Of a stretch of DNA of 64,000 nucleotides, positions 1 to 7,671 are shown in pieces. This stretch comes from Patescibacteria group bacterium (GTDB taxonomy: Bacteria > Patescibacteriota > Patescibacteriia > PEXW01). Location of the stretch: the NCBI GenBank assembly GCA_038063455.1, contig JBBTVB010000002.1, positions 1,296 through 65,295 on the forward strand, given 5' to 3'. Both the position numbers and the translations under genes were made by a program. The notes beneath the pieces were generated by a model. It had not been told where the DNA came from. It did no database searches and saw nothing but the letters and a program-made list of their open reading frames with translations. The stretch's first letter is position 1. Each line of letters begins with the position of its first letter.

Positions 1-507
1 CTAGGATTCATGATGCACCGCCTCACAGGGTTGATCGAAGAGTCTCGGTTTCTGTAGCTTAGCGAGTACTGCAGCTGAGTATCTAACGGGATATTCTTCA
101 TACCACCTAATCATCGTGTCCTCGCCGACTACTTCGCAAATGTAGTTCAGTTGCAACTCAGTTTCTTCACGACTGGGTGGGTGGAAGTCGGGTACGCCCG
201 GGGAATGATGAATAAAAGTACCCAGATACTCCTTGCAGAATTGCTCGTAATCGCGCGTATGGAGGACGAAGGTGTGCCAATATTCATCGACAATCACCAT
301 CCCCAAATGGATGACCAGTATACGCGGGATGCCTTCGAGATTTTGCGAGCGATCTTGCTTCAGCCGGGCATTGAGCCATAACCACTTCAGTGCCTCTAAT
401 GCAATTTCCTGCGCCTCGGGCAATGAGACCGCATACATTACTCTGAACTTGTTAAGAACGCGGTCGTTCTTATAGTTCAAAGTTTCCTCAAGACTACGCA
501 TGTACAC
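1..507 (-). CDS. hypothetical protein, 168 aa
   Basis: Complete ORF with stop at 1-3. AAAGGAG Shine-Dalgarno lies about 7 nt before the ATG. A minus-strand TTGACA-17nt-TAGTCT promoter-like pair sits at 548-576. No motif I can name. Confidence 0.6.
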   Translation of the reverse strand: MYMRSLEETLNYKNDRVLNKFRVMYAVSLPEAQEIALEALKWLWLNARLKQDRSQNLEGIPRILVIHLGMVIVDEYWHTFVLHTRDYEQFCKEYLGTFIHHSPGVPDFHPPSREETELQLNYICEVVGEDTMIRWYEEYPVRYSAAVLAKLQKPRLFDQPCEAVHHES

Positions 508-595
508 TCCTTTCTAGAATTTATTGAGATTGTTAATGTGCACAAAAAGACTACTCGAAGGTGGCCTTTTTGTCAATGCCGTGCATGCAACGAGT

Positions 596-750
596 TGGTG
601 GGCCGGGTCCCGCCTCGGCGGGACGAAGGCGCAAGGCCAGCAGATTTACAGTCTTCCCTTTGGCGGCACCCCGTTTGTCCGTGAATACTCCGGTTTCGCA
701 TTCACCCCAATGGGTCGCACGCGTTCCGCACGGAACCCACTTCGGTACCT
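596..750 (-). pseudogene. degenerate tRNA-Tyr-derived copy (copy X, 3' side)
   Basis: On the minus strand it shares the D-arm, CTGTAAA anticodon loop, variable arm TGGCCTTGCGCCTTCG and a ...CCCACCA end with the intact tRNA at 769-856. It lacks the 5' acceptor strand and has an anticodon-stem mismatch. It carries a ~58-nt D-loop insertion and a non-canonical T-arm (GTCCCGCCGAGGCGGGAC). Confidence 0.55.
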
Positions 751-768
751 TCTGAAATTGACTTGGAC

Positions 769-856
769 TGGTGGGTCGGGAAGGGATCGAACCTTCGAAG
801 GCGCAAGGCCAGCAGATTTACAGTCTGCCCCGTTTGACCACTTCGGTACCGACCCA
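769..856 (-). tRNA. tRNA-Tyr (anticodon GTA), class II with long variable arm, CCA encoded
   Basis: Cloverleaf built by eye: acceptor GGGTCGG/CCGACCC, anticodon stem GCAGA/TCTGC with loop CTGTAAA, T-arm GAAGG-TTCGATC-CCTTC, discriminator A, then CCA. Confidence 0.9.
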
Positions 857-866
857 CATATAAATT

Positions 867-961
867 ACTGAAAATCAGTCTGTCCCGTTTGTCCGGGGCG
901 CTGCCGATGGGTCGCGCCCGTTCCCCCGCCTTGGCGGGGTAACCCACTTCGGTACCGACCC
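867..961 (-). pseudogene. degenerate tRNA-Tyr-derived copy (copy Z, 5' half)
   Basis: The minus strand starts with the exact tRNA-Tyr 5' end GGGTCGGTACCGAAGTGG. A ~50-nt GC-hairpin insertion follows, then ACAAACGGG. The anticodon arm is replaced by the hairpin ACTGA-TTT-TCAGT. There is no variable arm, T-arm or 3' acceptor. Confidence 0.55.
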
Positions 962-988
962 ATACAACTTTCGCAGGCTAACAGATAA

Positions 989-2146
989 CTATTTTTTCTT
1001 CAAGCGCACAAAGTGTCGCTTTCCTTTTTTGTACACACCTGGTTTTGCAAGCATTGCAGGGTCACCAATAATTTCGTCCTCAAAAGAAATCCCTTTCTGT
1101 TCGATAGCGCGGCGCATGGCCGAAACGGATTCTTGAAAATGCCCGGCCAAAGCCTGAGCTACAGTTTGGCCCGTAGAAAATATTGCCTCAGGAATATCAC
1201 TCGGTGCTTGCTTATTGGTAAAGACGTGAGTGAAGTGTTCCCCGGCTTTTTGTGCCGCCGCAGCCGAATGAAATTGCTCGACGATTGCCTGGGCGAGTTT
1301 CGCTTTTGCCTCGCGCGGATTTTTTGGCAGCGTAAATTCTTCCACTGGTAAATCGGTAAGCATCTCGGCAAACGTTGCCATGGCACTATCTGGCAACGAC
1401 ATGAGCTTCCCGTACATCTCTTCGGGCGCATCGGTAATCCGAATGTGGTTATCCAAGCTCTTGCTCATTTTCTGTTTGCCATCCGTACCCACAAGAATTT
1501 TCAAACTCATTACCTGTTGCGGCTTTTGGCCAAAAAACTCTTGCAGCGGCCGGGCTTGCAACTCGTTAAACGTCTGGTCACTGCCGATGATGGTCAAGTC
1601 CGACTGCAGCATGACTGAATCGTAGGCTTGCAGCACGGGGTACACAGGTTCGTGCAAGCCAATTTCTTCACCCGCCTTGCGCCGCTTGTCGAACATGTCG
1701 CGCTCCAGCATCCGCGCCACCGTGAAATTACTCATGATGCGCAGCAACTCTTCGGCCGTAATTTTTTCGTACCACTCACTGTTCCGTCGAATTTCTAGCT
1801 TGGACTTGTCCAGAATTCCGCCAACCTGGTCAATGTAGGTTTTGGCCGCGTGTTCCACTTCTTTTTTATCGTGCATCACGCGTGACTTTACCTTGTCGGT
1901 GGGGTCGCCGAACCGCGCAGTAAAATCCCCGACCAAAAAAATAACGGTGTGGCCCAAATCCTGAAATTGTCGAAGCTTGCGGTACACGGCTGCATGGCCC
2001 AAGTGCAAGTCCGGCCGCGTGGGGTCCACGCCGTGCTTAATGCGCAAAGGCTTGCCGCTGGCCAGGAGTTGCTCTAGGTCTTTGCGAACAATAATATCAG
2101 CCACCCCGCGGGTCAGAAGATCTTGGGTCTTGGCAGTGGAATACAT
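989..2146 (-). CDS. tyrS: tyrosyl-tRNA synthetase
   Basis: Class I signatures HLGH and KMSKS are present. A TyrRS-type block reads GVDPTRPDLHLGHAAV...GDFTARFGDPTDK. The C-terminus is basic and S4-like. Confidence 0.9.
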   Translation of the reverse strand: MYSTAKTQDLLTRGVADIIVRKDLEQLLASGKPLRIKHGVDPTRPDLHLGHAAVYRKLRQFQDLGHTVIFLVGDFTARFGDPTDKVKSRVMHDKKEVEHAAKTYIDQVGGILDKSKLEIRRNSEWYEKITAEELLRIMSNFTVARMLERDMFDKRRKAGEEIGLHEPVYPVLQAYDSVMLQSDLTIIGSDQTFNELQARPLQEFFGQKPQQVMSLKILVGTDGKQKMSKSLDNHIRITDAPEEMYGKLMSLPDSAMATFAEMLTDLPVEEFTLPKNPREAKAKLAQAIVEQFHSAAAAQKAGEHFTHVFTNKQAPSDIPEAIFSTGQTVAQALAGHFQESVSAMRRAIEQKGISFEDEIIGDPAMLAKPGVYKKGKRHFVRLKKK

Positions 2147-2391
2147 AGCTACAGTGTAGTTTTCCTAGGCGGAAAGGTCAAAAAAAGACTGCCGCACACC
2201 GCTCTAAATCTCGAGGTGTACAAATTGACACCACCCCTTGACACGAGTACCTTTTGAGGCATAGGCTTTGAGGTTATGTAAAAGAAACATGTATGTGCGC
2301 TCTACGTCCAATAAACCGGCGTAGCCACTGCATAAACCTGCAATTTAACAACTAAACAGGCTACTTAAAAGAGCCTCCTTAGGAGAGAAGC

Positions 2392-3003
2392 ATGGAAGCC
2401 GATAGGCCACCCGCAACACTCGCCAAAGATCCGCTCAACGGCTCAACCTGGACAATTTTTAACTACCTTTGGAACAAGTCGATGGGTAAGGTAATTGTCG
2501 TTACAACCCTACTGTGCGCACTCGTCGGTATAAGTCTTGCCAGCATCGTCGGGTACTACACCGTACAAATTACAAAAAGCCGTAAGCAAGCCGCAATGCG
2601 CATTGCACAATACGAGCAGGGCCTTGCCACATTACCGGCTGACCCGCAGCACGTTAACTCTGCCAATGCTAACAGCGAGGTTTTCTTTACTGAACCAAAG
2701 GTGATGCAGAAATTACTGCATCGTGTTTCTGAAATCGTGGATTCGCTCAACATACGCGAGCAGGTCCGCGGCTATCGCATTATCTATGACTTGCGACCAA
2801 AAGATTTTCTGGGTACAACACCCGACATTGGCATGCAAGTAGACATAATGTTGAAATGCGATTGCAAGCAAAACGGCTTCTACGACATTCTTGGATTAAA
2901 GATTGATCCACGCACTTTGCAAACCACGCTGCTCCGGCATTCGCTAGGGGCTTCAGTGGACGAGTACGAAACTTTTTACCTTCAGAAAGGAGGTGAAAAA
3001 TGA
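2392..3003 (+). CDS. hypothetical membrane-anchored protein, 203 aa
   Basis: AGGAGA SD before the ATG. One N-terminal TM helix (VIVVTTLLCALVGISLASIVGYY). Confidence 0.55.
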   Translation: MEADRPPATLAKDPLNGSTWTIFNYLWNKSMGKVIVVTTLLCALVGISLASIVGYYTVQITKSRKQAAMRIAQYEQGLATLPADPQHVNSANANSEVFFTEPKVMQKLLHRVSEIVDSLNIREQVRGYRIIYDLRPKDFLGTTPDIGMQVDIMLKCDCKQNGFYDILGLKIDPRTLQTTLLRHSLGASVDEYETFYLQKGGEK

Positions 3004-3206
3004 AGAAGCTAAGAAAGCTTATCGTCACGTGCATGCTTATGGCAGTTGTTGCAGCGGCATCATTACCGCCATCTGCACATGCACTCTCGCCAGCATGCGA
3101 GAAATTCAGGACATCCGTAGCGGGAACAAACTCCGCTTTTTGGGCAGCGCTAAAGTGTCTGGCCACAGATTTCCAAGGCTTTGTGGAAATCACCGGCGAC
3201 TTATAG
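3000..3206 (+). CDS. small secreted protein, 68 aa
   Basis: ATGA start/stop overlap with the upstream ORF. Signal-peptide-like N-terminus MKKLRKLIVTCMLMAVVAAASLPPSAHA. Confidence 0.45.
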   Translation: MKKLRKLIVTCMLMAVVAAASLPPSAHALSPACEKFRTSVAGTNSAFWAALKCLATDFQGFVEITGDL

Positions 3207-3251
3207 CGCGTCAGCAACATCTGCAGTGCACGCACTACAAGGAGGTGTCAC

Positions 3252-4136
3252 GTGCAACGTGACATAAACCGGCACGCAATGAAAACGGCCTACCAACCAA
3301 ATTTGCTCAAAGCAATGCTGGGGGTGGCCTGCATCGTCACTGCCGCAACATTCTGGCTATTTTTACGCAATAACCAGACATCCGAGCGCATGGTTAGCAT
3401 ACGCATTAAAAATGCACACGTACGACCAAGCGCATTCACGGCTCCCGAGACCAAGCCGACGCAAAAAAACATTGGCGGAGGAACAAGAAACAAAGAACTC
3501 CGAGGACAATTCGGGGAAAACGTTCGCGTTATCCCAGAAACGCCCGCCCCAACTATTGCGCGCCAGCTGAAAACGCCAGTGCATACACTTGTAGATATTG
3601 CCGTAACCCCAGACACGAACATTTCAGTGTCCGACCTGGAAGAAGCTGATATTGGGAAGTATGTACCGGAGGCTGAGTACGTCTATGAAGCTCCCCCACC
3701 TGAAACCACGGTGGTGGAGCCGACCGTCGTACAGTGCTCAGTCGTTGAGTATGTTGAGCCAGAGTATCCAATGTTTGCGAAAGAAAATGGAAAAGAAGGG
3801 GTGGCTAAGCTTATTGTCTTTGTGGACACGCTTGGCAACTTAACGCTCTTTCCAGAAGAAATAATGAGCAAACTTAAAGATACGCTGGAAGTCAAAACCA
3901 TGACTGCAAAAATTGATGGCGAGAAACACCGCTTCAACTACGTAGTAGATTACGAAGACCCACCTGACTTTTTCTTTGCAGCAAACGTTGCAAAAGTACT
4001 AAAGGAGTGGCGTTTCCGGCCTGCTGCGCGTAACGGCTCGCCAATCAATAGCCTGCTTGTGGTAAGCCATGCATTCTGCCTAACCGGAGACTGCAATACT
4101 AGCTTTACGCAAACAGGCCAGTACATGCGGCCATAA
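3252..4136 (+). CDS. membrane-anchored protein with TonB C-terminal-like domain
   Basis: GTG start 6 nt after AAGGAGG. N-terminal TM helix. C-terminal pattern EPEYPMFAKENGKEGVAKLIVFVD...WRFRPAARNGSPI resembles the TonB_C fold signature. Confidence 0.55.
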   Translation: MQRDINRHAMKTAYQPNLLKAMLGVACIVTAATFWLFLRNNQTSERMVSIRIKNAHVRPSAFTAPETKPTQKNIGGGTRNKELRGQFGENVRVIPETPAPTIARQLKTPVHTLVDIAVTPDTNISVSDLEEADIGKYVPEAEYVYEAPPPETTVVEPTVVQCSVVEYVEPEYPMFAKENGKEGVAKLIVFVDTLGNLTLFPEEIMSKLKDTLEVKTMTAKIDGEKHRFNYVVDYEDPPDFFFAANVAKVLKEWRFRPAARNGSPINSLLVVSHAFCLTGDCNTSFTQTGQYMRP

Positions 4137-4157
4137 TTGACATTCTGAACCTTTACC

Positions 4158-4193
4158 GTCCCGACTTTTACTACAAAGTCGGGACGTTTTTTT
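4158..4193 (+). terminator. rho-independent terminator
   Basis: GTCCCGACTT / AAGTCGGGAC stem followed by a T7 run. Confidence 0.8.
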
Positions 4194-4273
4194 ATCCTAT
4201 GTATTATCACCTCTATAAATTCGAAACCCCTGGCGGAACTCATCCCGCCTGGGGTAGTTTTTGGAATGAAAAA

Positions 4274-6847
4274 TTACGCTCGCAAAAAGCGGTTATGCGC
4301 GTGCGGCTTATGCACGTAGCGGAAGTACTGAATCTTGAAAAACTCGGTAAGCCCAAAGTACGCCACAATAAAAAGCGCAATAAGCCCAATCTGCGAAAGC
4401 GTGGGCACGGTGAAGTGGAAGGCCTGGGCCGTGGCTGGAATAAGCGGCAGCGCAATAATCGCTGCGCCGCTAAACACCAGCATGCCCAATAGCAACGCAC
4501 TTGGGCGCGCGGCTTTGAGGATAAACCGATTGCTCCGCACGGAAAGCACCAGAATAAGCTCGGTGAGCACGCTGACTATGACCCACAAGGTTCGCAACTG
4601 ATCCTCACCAAAACCCCGGAACGCCACGAAGGTGAGAATATCAAACATGGTGCTTACCAAGCCCAACGTAATGCCAATGAACGCCAGCTCACGTAAGTGG
4701 ATAGCGGCCGGCTTTTGCACTTCTTCGGCATCTACCCGGTCGGTAGCAACAACGACCAGCGGGAAGTCCGTGAGTAAATTGGTCAACAAAATTTGAATGG
4801 GCAGCAAGGGCAAGTACGGCACGACCATAGAAATAGCCACGATGCCAAAGAAGTTGCCGAAGTTCCCTATCATGGTGCAGCGCAGGTACTTGAGGATGTT
4901 TACAAAAATGGAGCGGCCCATGGCAATGCCACGGATAATAACGTGCAAGTCTTTTTCCAGAAGAACTACATCGCTGGCATCTTTAGCGACGTCAGACGCG
5001 CCCTGCACCACCATAGCCACATTCGCTAACTTCAAGGCTGGTGCGTCGTTCATACCTTCGCCCAAAAAGCCGACGGAGGCGTGCAGCTGCAGCACTTCGA
5101 TAATGCGATATTTCTGCGCGGGACTAATGCGGGCAAACACCGTGGCATTTTGCACGCGCTGCTCCAAGGCCTGGCCCTGCAGCTGTTCCAACTCATCGCC
5201 GGTGGCGACATCGGTGGTCTGCTGCACCAAACCCAACTGCCGGCCAATGGTTTCGGCCACCACTGGGCTGTCCCCGGTAATAATTTTGACTGCCACGTTC
5301 AACTTTTTGGCTTGCACCAACGTGTCGACCGCGGTTGGCTTGAGCGGGTCGGCAAACGCCACAATGCCAATAACTGTTAAGCCAACTTCATCGCGCACGT
5401 GGTACTCGGGCTGCACGCTTATAGGTTTAATGGCCACGGCCAACGTACGATCGCCCGCCCGCCCATAGCCCAGCACAATCCGCTCCAACTCAGCGCGCGC
5501 TTCGTTCATGGGCGCCGGGCCACTGGCCAGCTCGGCACTCTGGCTTTGTGCCAGGACAGATTCGGGCGCACCGCGCACCACCATCCAACGCTTGCCGTCA
5601 CTCAGCTGCACGATGCTGCTAGATCGGCGCCGTACCGGATCAAAAGGCAATTCCGCCACCACGGTCCCGCGGATTACCGGGTCCCCGGCCCGCGTCGCGT
5701 TATGCAATGCGGTTACAAACGATTGCGCTTGCGCGTCGTCCCCACCGGTAAAGCCAATACGCGCCCAGGCCAGGGTCGTAGCTGGGCGGGCGGCAAAGAC
5801 GTCTTTCACGGTGAGCAGATTCTGCGTGAGCGTACCGGTTTTATCCGTGCACAGCACTTGAATTTGCCCTAAGTCTTCAATAGCGGCCAAGCGTTTGACC
5901 ACGACTTTTTCTTGCGCCAGTTTTAACGCACCGCGGGAAAGCGTAATGGTCACAATCGTCGGCAACGCTTCGGGAATAACGCTCACGGCCAGCGCAATGG
6001 AAAAAAGCAATAATTCAATGGTGCTGCGCCCTTCGCCCGTAAACAGCCGCGTGACAAAAACCATAGCTAGGGTAATGCCTACCACGTACAGTAAAAATTT
6101 GCTGAACTTTTTTATACTGTCATCGAAACTCGAGTGTCGAACCGTCCCGGCGGTCAGCTGGGCAATGTCACCAAACACGGTTCGGGCGCCGGTGGCCACC
6201 ACCACCCCAACCGCCGTGCCCGAAACAACCGTGGTACCCATGAGCGCCAGGTTTGCGGCACGCTCGGGTGTGGACACGGCTGAGGGCAAAGCATTGGCAG
6301 ATTTTTTTACCGGTACAGACTCGCCGGTAAGCGTGGACTCATTGAGGACCAAATCCTGCACGTCGACGAGTCGGATATCAGCAGGCACGACTGTCCCCGG
6401 AACCAGCAGCACAATGTCCCCCACCACTAAGCCGATGCGGGTAATAACCTGTTCTTTGCCAGCCCGACGCACGGTGGCGTGTTCCTGGATGTACTTACGC
6501 AAGGCTTCCAGTGCCCGTGCGCTGCGATATTCCTGCGCAAAGCCCAAAACCGCGTTAATGAGGATGATAACGGCAATAGTAATGGCATCAACTGACTCGC
6601 CAACCAGGACAGAAATGATGCAGGCTGCCACCAGCAACAAAACCATGGGCGAACGGAACTGTCGCCAGATCAGACGCATGGTTGAGTCGGTTTCAGTGGT
6701 TATTTCGTTTGCACCATCCTGCTGTCGGCGTGTTTGTACTTGGTCCTCAGCCAACCCCTGAGCCGAAGTTTTGAACTTCGAGAAAAGCTCCACGGGCGAG
6801 AGAATAGCAGTTTCGGCAGTGTTTTTTAGGCTAGGTTTTGCTTGCAT
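4274..6847 (-). CDS. cation-translocating P-type ATPase (Mg/Ca-type)
   Basis: DKTGTLT phosphorylation site, LTGESVPV actuator motif, GEGMNDAPAL hinge and PEALP in TM4. 857 aa with about 10 TM segments. Confidence 0.9.
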   Translation of the reverse strand: MQAKPSLKNTAETAILSPVELFSKFKTSAQGLAEDQVQTRRQQDGANEITTETDSTMRLIWRQFRSPMVLLLVAACIISVLVGESVDAITIAVIILINAVLGFAQEYRSARALEALRKYIQEHATVRRAGKEQVITRIGLVVGDIVLLVPGTVVPADIRLVDVQDLVLNESTLTGESVPVKKSANALPSAVSTPERAANLALMGTTVVSGTAVGVVVATGARTVFGDIAQLTAGTVRHSSFDDSIKKFSKFLLYVVGITLAMVFVTRLFTGEGRSTIELLLFSIALAVSVIPEALPTIVTITLSRGALKLAQEKVVVKRLAAIEDLGQIQVLCTDKTGTLTQNLLTVKDVFAARPATTLAWARIGFTGGDDAQAQSFVTALHNATRAGDPVIRGTVVAELPFDPVRRRSSSIVQLSDGKRWMVVRGAPESVLAQSQSAELASGPAPMNEARAELERIVLGYGRAGDRTLAVAIKPISVQPEYHVRDEVGLTVIGIVAFADPLKPTAVDTLVQAKKLNVAVKIITGDSPVVAETIGRQLGLVQQTTDVATGDELEQLQGQALEQRVQNATVFARISPAQKYRIIEVLQLHASVGFLGEGMNDAPALKLANVAMVVQGASDVAKDASDVVLLEKDLHVIIRGIAMGRSIFVNILKYLRCTMIGNFGNFFGIVAISMVVPYLPLLPIQILLTNLLTDFPLVVVATDRVDAEEVQKPAAIHLRELAFIGITLGLVSTMFDILTFVAFRGFGEDQLRTLWVIVSVLTELILVLSVRSNRFILKAARPSALLLGMLVFSGAAIIALPLIPATAQAFHFTVPTLSQIGLIALFIVAYFGLTEFFKIQYFRYVHKPHAHNRFLRA

Positions 6848-6907
6848 TGTTTATTAGTATACACCCCCTCAGTAAGGCAAAATTTTGGCTAACTATAGCG
6901 GATTTTA

Positions 6908-6941
6908 TTCGTATTTCGTATATTCCTAAACCTAATTCGTA
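6908..6941. promoter_or_regulatory. TTCGTA hexamer repeats (3 copies) in the divergent ATPase/HU promoter region
   Basis: TTCGTA at 6908, 6915 and 6936. The same ATTCGTATTTCGTA string recurs at 14263-14276. Confidence 0.5.
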
Positions 6942-7003
6942 TTTCTTAATCTGCCCATTTCTTAAGAAATATGCTATGGTTTCTGCATCTTTCGCACTAA
7001 CAC

Positions 7004-7294
7004 ATGCATACCATGGCAAAAGGCATGAGCAAGTCAGCGTTCGTAGCCCACTTGGCCGAGAAGTCGGGCCACAGCAAGAAAGAGGTCACCGCAATGTGGG
7101 ACCTCATCGTCACCACGGCCTATGCCGAGGCGAAGAAGGGTGAAATCACACTGCCCGGCTTGGGCAAGTTGATGAAGAAGCACCGCGCTGCCCGCAAGGG
7201 TCGCAACCCAGCCACGGGTGCGGAAATCCAGATTCCGGCCAAAACGGTCGTGAAATTCCGGGTTGCCAAGGCGGCCAAGGACTCCATTCTTTAA
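7004..7294 (+). CDS. hup: HU/IHF-family DNA-binding protein
   Basis: LPGLGKL...RKGRNPATGAEIQIPAKTVVKFRVAKAAKD matches the HU arm and C-terminal pattern. The true start may be the ATG at 7013 or 7025. Confidence 0.85.
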   Translation: MHTMAKGMSKSAFVAHLAEKSGHSKKEVTAMWDLIVTTAYAEAKKGEITLPGLGKLMKKHRAARKGRNPATGAEIQIPAKTVVKFRVAKAAKDSIL

Positions 7295-7316
7295 GAAACC
7301 CTTAAGAATATCAATA

Positions 7317-7341
7317 AACCCCCATAAAATGGGGGTTTTTG
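7317..7341 (+). terminator. rho-independent terminator after hup
   Basis: AACCCCCA-TAAA-TGGGGGTT stem followed by a T run. Confidence 0.8.
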
Positions 7342-7366
7342 GTAAATATCAGTATATTTAAGTTAA

Positions 7367-7507
7367 TTGACAAAATATAAATTAAATGTTCTAATTCTAT
7401 TGACACAATATTGTAGTTTTGTATAAGGTGAAGCCAATGCAGCTTTGGAGGGGTACAGTGTTTTTCTGGTCCTATTGCTTGACAGTTTCCCGGTGGCTTG
7501 CTACAAC
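7367..7507 (+). promoter_or_regulatory. three tandem sigma70-like promoters upstream of the giant surface-protein gene
   Basis: TTGACA-17-TCTAAT (7367-7395), TTGACA-16-TATAAG (7400-7427) and TTGACA-17-TACAAC (7479-7507), all in an AT-rich spacer. Confidence 0.5.
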
Positions 7508-7671
7508 AACACGTTACTCAACCTAGCCCTTAAGGCCATTGCCTATGCAGCTTCTGCGGACGTCCCGAGCTATATAACCCACACATACGTGGTTTATAGT
7601 GTTTTCGTGTATATTCTTTCGAAAATTCAACGCCATTACCAGGCACCTATCTCGTTCTCTAGCTTGTCTCT

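Noticed and set aside
2147-2391. Possible T-box leader upstream of tyrS. The minus strand contains AAGGGGTGGTGTC (T-box-like, with UGGU matching discriminator A), a UAC triplet, alternative GGTGT/ACACC/GGTGT pairings and a T7 run 35 nt before the start.
   Set aside because: I could not build a Stem I with a specifier loop, a K-turn or distal-loop motifs. The T-run is separated from the candidate terminator stem by 7 unpaired nt. The available leader is short. It is worth a cmsearch with RF00230, but it is not supportable by eye.
4797-6761. Plus-strand ORFs of 223 and 288 aa antisense to the P-type ATPase. Similar antisense ORFs occur in the CAP-domain gene (14867-15754), dnaK (56837-58023) and the cluster gene at 33066-34046.
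   Set aside because: Each lies fully inside a confidently identified gene on the other strand. Their compositions are Ser/Thr/Arg/Pro-rich and non-protein-like.
6940-7310. TTCTTAAGAA-type palindromes around hup (6958-6969, 7287-7310) as a dedicated regulatory motif.
   Set aside because: There are only three short AT-rich occurrences in AT-rich spacers. One overlaps the hup stop region. This is insufficient to distinguish from chance.
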